From Coprobacillaceae bacterium (GTDB lineage Bacteria; Bacillota_I; Bacilli_A; Erysipelotrichales; Coprobacillaceae), in contig OY776328.1 of NCBI GenBank assembly GCA_963675515.1, forward strand, positions 90,001 through 122,000: DNA of 32,000 bases. The letters are read 5' to 3'. The position numbers and the translations under genes were made by a program. Below the pieces are notes generated by a model. It was given only the letters and a program-made list of their open reading frames with translations, was not told where the DNA came from and ran no database searches. Below, one piece after another: positions 17,364 to 25,483 of this stretch; the stretch's first letter is position 1; each line of letters starts with the position of its first letter.

Positions 17364-18104
17364 TCAAACACGGCCGCCAAAATCCACATAATTAAATTTT
17401 GAAAAGTGAAATAAAGTTATACCCACCGCCATTGCCAGATTCAGCGAGTCAATTGCCTGAGTATGTCTGATAAGAATAGATTGGCCGTACTCGAGATAAT
17501 CATCGGGCAACCCGCTCGATTCATTTCCAAATACAAGCGAATGGTATCCCTCCGGAGGGCTGATTTCTATAAGATTTTTAGCCCCTTTGAGCATCAGCGG
17601 GAAAACCTGGTTGGTGGGAAAGTCTGCTCGATAGTGTTCAAATGAGTCAAAATATTGGATTTTCAAGCCGAAGATCGCTCCCATTGAGGCCCTGAGCACC
17701 CGGGGATCGAAGATATCCGCCCCCGGGGCGACAATTGCCAGGTTATGGTAGCCAAATCCGGCCATGGTCCTGATTATGGTCCCAAGGTTCCCCATATCAC
17801 TCGGGTTGACCAGAACCACGTGGTTGTCCTTGTCAAGAACATCCCGGTATTTTTCAAACACCGCCAGTGCAAGGCAGTTGCCTTTTTTAACCAGACGATT
17901 GATCGTCTTATCCGACTCAATGACTTCGATATCATATTGTCTGGCAATGTCCACGATCTTGGCGACCCCTTTGTTTTGATAACTGTTGCCAGCAAGGTAG
18001 ATCGCCTTGACTAGATGGGGCTTTTTCTCCAACAGTTCTATAGTCTCGAACACCCCTGTAGTATATGAGTAATCGCTCTCTTTTTGATAGCTTTTTATTT
18101 TCAT
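17364..18104 (-). CDS. TrmH/SpoU family RNA 2'-O-methyltransferase
   Basis: SPOUT motifs are LVNPSDMGNLGTIIRT, LVFGNESSGL and SLNLAMAVGI. The start is moved to MKIKSYQ, 6 nt after AGGAGAG. Confidence 0.8.
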   Translation of the reverse strand: MKIKSYQKESDYSYTTGVFETIELLEKKPHLVKAIYLAGNSYQNKGVAKIVDIARQYDIEVIESDKTINRLVKKGNCLALAVFEKYRDVLDKDNHVVLVNPSDMGNLGTIIRTMAGFGYHNLAIVAPGADIFDPRVLRASMGAIFGLKIQYFDSFEHYRADFPTNQVFPLMLKGAKNLIEISPPEGYHSLVFGNESSGLPDDYLEYGQSILIRHTQAIDSLNLAMAVGITLFHFSKFNYVDFGGRV

Positions 18105-18160
18105 TATCATCTCTCCTATTTTTACAAAATCCATGGTATACTAAACAGGAGGTGAATTCA

Positions 18161-18991
18161 ATGAACAATTATTTAGCGTGTCCCAAATGTCACGAACCCC
18201 TATACCTGGAAAACAAAACATACCGTTGTGGCAACAACCACTGTTATGACTTGGCCAAAAGCGGCTATATCAACCTGTTGCTCAACCCCGACAAGGCCAC
18301 AACCAATCCAGGGGACTCCAAAGAGAGTCTGATCGCCAGGAAAGATTATCTTAACTCCCACCACTATGATTCTATTTTAAATCAAGTTGTCGAATTAATC
18401 AAAAAATATGCAGTTTCCGATGAAATCAGCGACTTGAACATACTCGATTTAGGTTGCGGCGAGGGTTATTACACTTACGGCATTCAACAAAGCATTCCAG
18501 CCAATATCTCCGGCCTGGACATTTCCAAAATCGGGGTCAATATGGCCACCAAGTATTCCAAGGATATCACCTGGATTGTAGGAAATTCAAAAAATATCCC
18601 CATCATCGACCACAGTCTCGATTTCGTGACTGCCCTTTTTACTGTCGTTAACCTGTCCGAGCTCAAACGCGTGCTCAAGGAAAACGGCAAAGTCATCCAT
18701 GTCACTGCCAATTCCAATCACTTGATCGAGTTCAAGCAAATGATCTATGACGAAATAACCGAAAAAAGCGACAAATTCATCCGGCTCGACCTGCCTGTAG
18801 TCGAACAGTTCGATTTCACCAAGAAGGAATTGATCGCAAACAAAGAAGACGTGTTGAACCTTTTGAAGATGACTCCCCATTACTACCATATCGCCACTCA
18901 CAAAAGGCACATCCTTGACGAACTTGACAGTCTGGAAATAACCATCGATATAAAAATAACTGTTTACGATGCCATGGAATCTTTGTTATAA
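18161..18991 (+). CDS. rlmA: 23S rRNA (guanine-N1)-methyltransferase, RlmA family
   Basis: The N-terminal zinc finger CPKCHEPL ... YRCGNNHCYDLAKSGYINLL and the SAM motif ILDLGCGEGYY align well with E. coli RrmA as remembered. The start follows GGAGG at 18149-18153. Confidence 0.85.
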   Translation: MNNYLACPKCHEPLYLENKTYRCGNNHCYDLAKSGYINLLLNPDKATTNPGDSKESLIARKDYLNSHHYDSILNQVVELIKKYAVSDEISDLNILDLGCGEGYYTYGIQQSIPANISGLDISKIGVNMATKYSKDITWIVGNSKNIPIIDHSLDFVTALFTVVNLSELKRVLKENGKVIHVTANSNHLIEFKQMIYDEITEKSDKFIRLDLPVVEQFDFTKKELIANKEDVLNLLKMTPHYYHIATHKRHILDELDSLEITIDIKITVYDAMESLL

Positions 18992-19022
18992 TTACAAATA
19001 TATCATAAAAGGAGTTTGATTT

Positions 19023-19517
19023 ATGTCAGATTTAATAAATACTGTTTTGCCAATGATCGTCGGATTATTGTTGGTTTGGTTTACTTATCTAAACATCAAC
19101 TACTTCTACACCATTTTCAAACTTAAGAAAAGTGAAAAGGAAATGGAGCTTTGCAATACGAAAATTGGTATCGTCATGAATTATGTGGCGCTGGCCATTT
19201 ATGTTGCCGGAACCATCGTCGCTTTGGTTGTATTTTTGAAGTCCATAATGGATGGAAGCTTCGCAACAAATGGCGCTCTTTATCTCAACATCCTGGCCTT
19301 GCTGGCAATCTTCGCCAACCAATATTTCAGCCGGTTGATCTATCTGTCAAAAAAATCATTGATCATCGGTCGGATCAAATTCGATTATCGCAAAATCAAA
19401 AGAATCGATATCCATCCCACAAAGATGAGCTTCAACTATGGACAAAACCACCTTGCCACTCGACTCCTGTTTGTCGACGATGAAAAACTGCGGGTGACCC
19501 TTAAAAGAAACGGATAA
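19023..19517 (+). CDS. Hypothetical membrane protein (3-4 TM helices plus a short C-terminal soluble domain)
   Basis: RBS AAAGGAG is upstream and the sequence has hydrophobic segments. I recognised no family. Confidence 0.6.
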   Translation: MSDLINTVLPMIVGLLLVWFTYLNINYFYTIFKLKKSEKEMELCNTKIGIVMNYVALAIYVAGTIVALVVFLKSIMDGSFATNGALYLNILALLAIFANQYFSRLIYLSKKSLIIGRIKFDYRKIKRIDIHPTKMSFNYGQNHLATRLLFVDDEKLRVTLKRNG

Positions 19518-19548
19518 AAACCTAACTTGAATCTAGTTAGGTTTTTTT
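19516..19548. terminator. Bidirectional rho-independent terminator between convergent genes
   Basis: AAAAA-CCTAACT-TGAATCT-AGTTAGG-TTTTTTT, with an A-run on one side and a T-run on the other. The lipid kinase stop codon lies inside the hairpin. Confidence 0.8.
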
Positions 19549-20393
19549 ATTGGGTTCAAAACTCTCAATGCCCCAGGCTGGATTTCCAAGAAATACCGGC
19601 CTGCGGGATATGTCTCCCCGTCGATATTGACCGCGGCTTTGGTTTCTATCACCGCGCTTTCATGGCTCGAGCAATGGTAGCTTTTGTCCTTCAATATCAA
19701 ATTGGCCGCCAGTTTGAGCAACTTCACTGCCGCAAAGATCTTCGATTCCCCTTGAAGATAGCCGACCTCGAAAAAACCGTCGTCGATTTGTCCACCTGCG
19801 ATCTTGTATCCCCCGCCGTAGTAGCCGCCATTGGCGACAACACCCAATACAAACTTGCCTTCCACTTTGGTCCCCTTCATGTCGATCACCGCCTGGAACC
19901 CTTCAAAACCGAACAGCCGCTGCAATGTCATCTTTGCGTAAAACAGACCGCCAGGAAGACACCTGATGACCAACTGATTGTGCACGTGGTTGGCGCAATC
20001 GCTGTCAATCGCAAAACATAGGGTATTAACGACGTAGATGTCATTTGCCTTGACCAGGTCCACTTCTACAGGTTCTATCTTCATACATGATTCAATATTG
20101 GCTTGAAGACCTTTTGGTATGTCAAAGTTCCGGGCAAAATCGTTGCCGGTCCCCCGGGGAACGATTGCCAGGGCCGCGTTTTTATTGGCCATTGCCTGGA
20201 TTGCCATGTGGATCATGCCATCCCCACCAAGGACATAGATTCGGTTGTTACCCTGGCAATGGGGCGCGATGAGTTCCGGTATCTGCTTGGGCACTTCGAC
20301 TTTTATGACCAGATGGTCAAGATCACTTGCCAGATTGGCGATCATCTCGATCGCTTTTTGATCCTTGCTTTTCACAATGAATATATGTCTCAT
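19533..20393 (-). CDS. Diacylglycerol kinase-family lipid kinase (YegS/BmrU/DagK type)
   Basis: Motifs are IYVLGGDGMIH (GGDG) and PRGTGNDFAR. The start overlaps the upstream gene's stop as ATGA. Confidence 0.8.
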   Translation of the reverse strand: MRHIFIVKSKDQKAIEMIANLASDLDHLVIKVEVPKQIPELIAPHCQGNNRIYVLGGDGMIHMAIQAMANKNAALAIVPRGTGNDFARNFDIPKGLQANIESCMKIEPVEVDLVKANDIYVVNTLCFAIDSDCANHVHNQLVIRCLPGGLFYAKMTLQRLFGFEGFQAVIDMKGTKVEGKFVLGVVANGGYYGGGYKIAGGQIDDGFFEVGYLQGESKIFAAVKLLKLAANLILKDKSYHCSSHESAVIETKAAVNIDGETYPAGRYFLEIQPGALRVLNPIKKPN

Positions 20394-21334
20394 TTTTCAC
20401 TGCCCAATACGTAGACAATCCTGATAAAGGCGCTCTTGTCGAATTTTCTGACTGTCATTTTCCTTTTGATGTCGATTCCCTGAACCTTGAACCAATTGTC
20501 GTAATCCTCGTGGGCGACCAGGATGAGCTTGTCAGCGATTGAAAGACCAGCCAGAATGATGTCTTCCTGTTCTTTTCTGGTTATTGGTGTATAGAGATTG
20601 TAAGGCAGATCGATGATGGCGACATCCCGATGGATCGTCAAATCCCCGATCGCCTTGCGGGATATCAGCAAAGGGTCGTAGCCAAAGTGTTCCAGGTTTT
20701 TTCTGGCTTTGTATGAATTGGTTCGTGAAATGTCAAAACCGACAATGTCAACTCCATGATTCAATCCCTCCAAAACGACAGCCCCCATGCCACAACAAGG
20801 ATCGACCACACTGACATCCGGATTGTTGCCGGTTGCCAGATTGATAAGAGTCTTGCACATTCTAAGATCCAGCCCGTTGCAGAAGGTGTGGGGCTTGTTG
20901 AGGAACTTTTTCCACGATTCATGGCCATGGCTAAGCTCACCAAAAACATATTCCCCCTCCAGCAAAGTTATTGCCAAGGTTGTCTTGGGACCGTTCATCT
21001 TCGGTCGTCCCGATATCGTCAGCCCGATTTGAGCGACCAGATCCAGGCTCTTCTTGTATTCGATTTGGCTGTTTTTGTTTTTGAGGTATACAACCTTGTA
21101 ATCGTCATACGCGAGCCGCCGGTCTTTTATATGTTCAAGCAGGATTTCCAGTCGGCTGTTACGACAGAGGACCTTCAGGACATCCTTGATATAGACCGAA
21201 TTGTCCACCGGAACAAATATATCACTGAAATGGTAATTGCCTGGATACTCCCGTCCAAACAAAGACGCAAACTCCCCTTCGAACAATTCCACTTCCAGAT
21301 GGGAGTAGTTGAAAAAATACAAATAATCACTCAT
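20390..21334 (-). CDS. Class I SAM-dependent (probably RNA, Trm11/UPF0020-like) methyltransferase
   Basis: SAM motif I is VVDPCCGMGAVVLEG and motif IV-like is IIDLPYN. The N-terminal about 150 aa could be THUMP-like. The substrate is unknown. Confidence 0.65.
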   Translation of the reverse strand: MSDYLYFFNYSHLEVELFEGEFASLFGREYPGNYHFSDIFVPVDNSVYIKDVLKVLCRNSRLEILLEHIKDRRLAYDDYKVVYLKNKNSQIEYKKSLDLVAQIGLTISGRPKMNGPKTTLAITLLEGEYVFGELSHGHESWKKFLNKPHTFCNGLDLRMCKTLINLATGNNPDVSVVDPCCGMGAVVLEGLNHGVDIVGFDISRTNSYKARKNLEHFGYDPLLISRKAIGDLTIHRDVAIIDLPYNLYTPITRKEQEDIILAGLSIADKLILVAHEDYDNWFKVQGIDIKRKMTVRKFDKSAFIRIVYVLGSEK

Positions 21335-21345
21335 TATGACTCCTT

Positions 21346-21369
21346 AAAAAAAGCCTGGCAAACCAGGCT
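21346..21369 (-). terminator. Rho-independent terminator after the thioredoxin-like gene
   Basis: Minus strand reads AGCCTGG-TTTG-CCAGGCT followed by TTTTTTT; the hairpin overlaps the TAA stop. Confidence 0.8.
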
Positions 21370-21647
21370 TAGCGAATTTCCTTGATAGCTGTGACAATCT
21401 CTTCAACAGTTGCCACTTTTCCTGTAAATAATATCTTCCCATCAACCATCAACGCCGGTGTCGACATGACTCCGAGTTTGGCGATTTCCACGATATCCTT
21501 GACATGCTCGATTGGTTCATCGATCCCAAGTTTTTTCAAGGCCTCGATGGCATTGGCTTCCAAGGAATTGCACTTGGCACATCCGGTTCCCAACACTTTT
21601 ATATCCGATTTTACAGCTTGTTCAATTTTCTTGCTAAAAAGTTTCAT
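21369..21647 (-). CDS. Thioredoxin-fold protein, 'redox-active disulfide protein 2'-like
   Basis: IKVLGTGCAKCNSLE (C-x-x-C) ... MSTPALMVDGK. The start is moved to MKLFSKK, which has GGGAGA upstream. Confidence 0.75.
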   Translation of the reverse strand: MKLFSKKIEQAVKSDIKVLGTGCAKCNSLEANAIEALKKLGIDEPIEHVKDIVEIAKLGVMSTPALMVDGKILFTGKVATVEEIVTAIKEIR

Positions 21648-21649
21648 TG

Positions 21650-21955
21650 TTATTCTCCCATGCATCGGCAATCAGGCGAGGCCTCAATGGCGCTGCTTGA
21701 TTCCAGATTGTTTCCGAATTCCTTGAGTTTCCCTGCGAACTCACGATTGATCGAGTAATGCGTCCACTTGCCATCCCGACGAGCGTTGATGACCTGGGCT
21801 TCAACCAATATCTTGAGATGATGTGAGAGAGTTGACTGCACACAAGGGACACCTTCCAAAATCACGCAGGCACACCTTTCGCCGGATTGCAACATATTGA
21901 CTATTTCCAACCTTGTCGGATCACTTAATGCTTTGAATATCTTTACCATTTCCAT
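21650..21955 (-). CDS. ArsR/SmtB family metalloregulatory transcriptional repressor
   Basis: FKALSDPTRLEIVNML ... ERCACVILEG ... VQSTLSHHLKIL. The start is set at MEMVKIF because the predicted promoter lies inside the longer track ORF. Confidence 0.85.
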   Translation of the reverse strand: MEMVKIFKALSDPTRLEIVNMLQSGERCACVILEGVPCVQSTLSHHLKILVEAQVINARRDGKWTHYSINREFAGKLKEFGNNLESSSAIEASPDCRCMGE

Positions 21956-21971
21956 AAAATCACCCACTTCC

Positions 21972-22000
21972 AATATAACAAATATATCGATATCAGTCAA
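21972..22000 (-). promoter_or_regulatory. Promoter of the arsR-like operon with a palindrome in the spacer
   Basis: Minus strand reads TTGACT (plus 21995-22000), 17 nt, TATATT (plus 21972-21977). The perfect 10-bp palindrome ATATCGATAT (21984-21993) sits in the spacer and is a likely ArsR operator. Confidence 0.55.
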
Positions 22001-22015
22001 TGCATCAATTTTGAA

Positions 22016-23137
22016 TCAAAACAATATCCGGGCAATGTTTTTGCTTGTAAATTCCAACGCGGCTGGCCCGTCCCTTAGCGCGGCCTCGAGAGTTTTTGGC
22101 TGGTTGGTGATCGAAAACGCCGCACTCAGCCCGATCTGGTAGAGATTTTCCAGATCGAAGTCGACCCGGCCGGCCAACGCAATCAGGGGGATCTGATGTT
22201 GTCTGGTCAGATTCGCTATTCCGCTGATTGTCTTGCCCTGGGCGGTCTGGCTGTCTATGCTTCCTTCACCGGTAAACACATAATCAGCCCCAGAAATCTT
22301 ATTTTCGAAATCCGTCAGCTTCAATACCAGCTCGATTCCCTTTTCCATTTTGGCCTGAAGCAAATAGAAAGCTCCGCCCAGACCTCCAGCTGCTCCGGTG
22401 GCCTTGATTTTACCAAGGTTGATTCCCAGGTCCTTTTCGATGATGCTGTTGAGATGAACCAGGCATGACTCCAGGTATTCGAGTTGCCGGAGAGTTGCAC
22501 CTTTTTGGGGCCCGAACACATTGGTTGCCCCGTTGAGCCCCACATAAGGGTTTTCGACATCGTTGGCAATTATGATTTCAATATCTTTAACCGCTTCAAA
22601 CGCGCCGTCAAAATCGATATGCCTGATTTTCAAAATGTTCTCAATGGCAAGGGGCAGTTCGCTGCCGTTATCGCCATAGATTTTCGCTCCCAGTCCTACA
22701 AGCAGTCCCAAACCGCCATCGTTCGTCCCGCTGCCGCCCAATCCCACTATGATTTTCTTGATGCCGGTCTGGCCAATATGTTTTATCAGCTGGCCCAAAC
22801 CAAGCGAAGTCGCCTTGAGGGGATTTCGTTGGTTGGCCGCCACCAGATCCAGTCCGACCGCCTTGGCTGATTCGACAACCGCCATATCGTCTTTGACAAG
22901 ATAATCGCAGCTTATTGGCTGGTTGTAGTGGTTGACAATTTCAAAACTGTCAATCCGCCCGCCAATGACACTGTTGATTATTTCCAGCATCCCTTCGCCA
23001 CCGTCGGCAAGGGGAATGAGTACCGTTTCAATTTCTTCTTTCGCTCCAGCTTTCAAGCCCCGCTCGATTGCTTTAGCGGCATCCAGGGCACTGATGCTTT
23101 CTTTGAACGAATCACAGGCAATTACAATTTTTTTCAT
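22016..23137 (-). CDS. glxK: Glycerate kinase
   Basis: MKKIVIACDSFKESISA, IPLADGGEG and GEGSIDSQTAQGK are typical of the GlxK/GarK family. Confidence 0.85.
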   Translation of the reverse strand: MKKIVIACDSFKESISALDAAKAIERGLKAGAKEEIETVLIPLADGGEGMLEIINSVIGGRIDSFEIVNHYNQPISCDYLVKDDMAVVESAKAVGLDLVAANQRNPLKATSLGLGQLIKHIGQTGIKKIIVGLGGSGTNDGGLGLLVGLGAKIYGDNGSELPLAIENILKIRHIDFDGAFEAVKDIEIIIANDVENPYVGLNGATNVFGPQKGATLRQLEYLESCLVHLNSIIEKDLGINLGKIKATGAAGGLGGAFYLLQAKMEKGIELVLKLTDFENKISGADYVFTGEGSIDSQTAQGKTISGIANLTRQHQIPLIALAGRVDFDLENLYQIGLSAAFSITNQPKTLEAALRDGPAALEFTSKNIARILF

Positions 23138-23146
23138 TAAAGGCTC

Positions 23147-23947
23147 CTATTTGCTGTTTTTTTGAAAATTTTGGTAGATCATGATCATAATCAGGGTCAA
23201 ACAGGCCAACACTACGATGGTACCACCCGGTCGCAAATCAAAATAGAAAGACATCGTTATCCCCCCCAATGTGAACACGCTTGAAAGCGCCATGGCGATA
23301 ATCAGATTTGACTTATACGATTTCGAAAGCAACAGACCGCAAGCCACCGGTATTACAAGCAGGCTTGAAATTATCAAGGCCCCGACAATCCTTGCGGAAA
23401 TGGCAATCGTCAATCCCACCATCATTGTAAAAAGGAAATTGATTGCCTTCACATTTACCCCGTTGCGGCTCGCCTCAAGCTCGTTGAACGAGTAAAACAT
23501 GAACTGATAATAGAACACATAACAAAGCACGATTACCAGAAGGGAAATGATGACAACCGTATAGAACTCGCTCTTTGAGATCGCCACAATCGAGCCAAAC
23601 AGGAAGCTGGTTATAGAAACCGATGAATCGATGAAACCCGACAATATTCCAGCTATTCCCACACCCAGCGACATTATTATCGCTATCGCCACCTCACTGT
23701 TTTCTTTCATCTTCCGGCCCACTACGGTTACCGCAAAAGAAAAAACTACCGCAATGACTGTCGCGGCAATTGTCGGATTTATCCCGACAATCAAACCGAA
23801 GCATACCCCCGCCAGAGCCCCGTGGCTCAAGGCGTCGCCCAGCATCGAGTATTTGCGCAACACCAGGACCTGACCGACCAGGGGAATGGCCAGGGACACC
23901 AGAAACCCCGCCAACAAAGCCTTTTGCATAAACACATATTCAAGCAT
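23147..23947 (-). CDS. znuB: Metal (zinc-type) ABC transporter permease, ABC-3 family
   Basis: A 266-aa polytopic protein (FMQKALLAGFLVS ... GDALSHGALAG). Its start overlaps the ATPase stop by 1 nt. Confidence 0.8.
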   Translation of the reverse strand: MLEYVFMQKALLAGFLVSLAIPLVGQVLVLRKYSMLGDALSHGALAGVCFGLIVGINPTIAATVIAVVFSFAVTVVGRKMKENSEVAIAIIMSLGVGIAGILSGFIDSSVSITSFLFGSIVAISKSEFYTVVIISLLVIVLCYVFYYQFMFYSFNELEASRNGVNVKAINFLFTMMVGLTIAISARIVGALIISSLLVIPVACGLLLSKSYKSNLIIAMALSSVFTLGGITMSFYFDLRPGGTIVVLACLTLIMIMIYQNFQKNSK

Positions 23948-24597
23948 CAGACCACCTCGCTCAATTCGATCTTTTTGTCTTTGAAAATGAATATCTGATC
24001 GGCGATTGCTTCGAGCTGCTTTTTATTATGGAGGATGATGACAATGGTTTTCCCCAATTTCTTAAGCTGCAAAATCAGCTCCATCATTTCCGCCTGGGTT
24101 TTTTCATCAAGCTGGTTTAGAGGCTCATCAAGCAAAATCAGATCCGGATGGGTCGAGAGCGTCTTAACAATCATGACCCGTTGGAGCTGGCCGCCGGATA
24201 GCTGGCTTAGTTTGCTTCTGGCAATATGGCCCAATTGGAATTCTTCCAGGAGGCTGGCGACATGCCTTTTGTGGCGCGATTTGCCCATCTTCTTGATCGA
24301 ATTGACATGATACATCAGCAACAATTCTTCGACATTCAAAGGCGTGCCGTTGATCATGTCGCGGTCATTCTGGCCCAGGAAGCTGATCTTGATATTTCCA
24401 CTGCTTGATATTCTGCCAACCTGTGGCTTCAGCTCGCCAAGAATCAACTTGAGCAACGTGGATTTGCCACAGCCATTCTCGCCATAGAGACCGATGATGC
24501 TGCCTTGGACAATTTCAAGCGAGACATCATCAAGCACCTGCAACTCGCCATAACCAAAGCTGACACCTTCAAGACTAATCAATTTGTTCAAATGCAT
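23947..24597 (-). CDS. znuC: Metal (zinc-type) ABC transporter ATP-binding protein
   Basis: Walker A is GENGCGKST, the signature is LSGGQLQR and Walker B is LILLDEP. Confidence 0.85.
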   Translation of the reverse strand: MHLNKLISLEGVSFGYGELQVLDDVSLEIVQGSIIGLYGENGCGKSTLLKLILGELKPQVGRISSSGNIKISFLGQNDRDMINGTPLNVEELLLMYHVNSIKKMGKSRHKRHVASLLEEFQLGHIARSKLSQLSGGQLQRVMIVKTLSTHPDLILLDEPLNQLDEKTQAEMMELILQLKKLGKTIVIILHNKKQLEAIADQIFIFKDKKIELSEVV

Positions 24598-25459
24598 AAA
24601 CGATATTCTCCAGATTCTTTTCCATGACAGTCAGATAGGATGATCCGGATGCCATATCCTCGCTTGAAAGTGACGCAATCGTGCTAAGGGGAAGGAGCTG
24701 CGCCTGGGTTTCCTGGGCGATTGTCTCCATCACTTTTTCATTCAGTTCTTCCTGATAGAAGATCACTTTGATGTTTTCACTGTTGATATAGTCCACGGCT
24801 GTCTTGATCTGGTTGGCTGTCGCCTCACCTTCACTCGTTATCCCGGTGACCGACTTCTGGACTATGTCATAATCTTTGCAAAGATATGCGAATGCCTCAT
24901 GTTCCACCACGATTTCCCTTTTGGAAAACGGTGCCAGCGATTCCCGGTATTTTTGATCCAGTTCGTCAAGATCTACGACATAATTGTCATAGTTGGCCTG
25001 ATAGTAATCACTGTTCTCGCTGTCAATTTCCAAAAAAGCATCAAGGATGGTTTTCAGCTCTGTTTTCGCATTTCCAAGCGAAAGCCAGGTATGGGGATCC
25101 AGGCCATGATCGCTTTCAATCAGCTCGATACCTTCGGCCGCCTGGACAACTTCAAGATTGCCATTGGCGGAGCTGTCAATGATGTCCTTTGCGTAATGCT
25201 CAAGATAATCGCTGTTGTAAATGAACATGTCTCCGCTTGCGACATTGGCGATGTCCTTTGATGTCGGTTCATAATTATGCGCATCACCGCCGTCACTTAA
25301 TAGCTGACTCACCTCAGCTTTTTCTCCCCCAATGACCCTGGCGAATTCGCTCATAACGTAGAAGGTCGTATATACCCGTATTTTCGAATCGTCTTCTTTT
25401 GTAGCCTTGCACCCCGCAAGTAATATGACCAAAGATAAAATAGTCAGAATTTTCTTCAT
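24575..25459 (-). CDS. znuA: Metal ABC transporter substrate-binding lipoprotein (cluster A-I, zinc-type ligand pattern)
   Basis: The lipobox is LLAGC. Metal-ligand blocks are HNYEPT, DPHTWLS and EHEAFAYL. A His at the HDAFGY-equivalent position favours Zn over Mn; this is an inference. Confidence 0.75.
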   Translation of the reverse strand: MKKILTILSLVILLAGCKATKEDDSKIRVYTTFYVMSEFARVIGGEKAEVSQLLSDGGDAHNYEPTSKDIANVASGDMFIYNSDYLEHYAKDIIDSSANGNLEVVQAAEGIELIESDHGLDPHTWLSLGNAKTELKTILDAFLEIDSENSDYYQANYDNYVVDLDELDQKYRESLAPFSKREIVVEHEAFAYLCKDYDIVQKSVTGITSEGEATANQIKTAVDYINSENIKVIFYQEELNEKVMETIAQETQAQLLPLSTIASLSSEDMASGSSYLTVMEKNLENIVYAFEQID

Positions 25460-25483
25460 TCACTGCTCCCCCTTATCCGCCGG

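Noticed and set aside
18105-18160. An extended -10 promoter (TGgTATACT, 18134-18142) for rlmA in the 56-nt divergent region.
   Set aside because: The predicted transcription start would fall on or inside the GGAGG RBS (18149-18153), and there is no properly spaced -35. The call is too uncertain to annotate.
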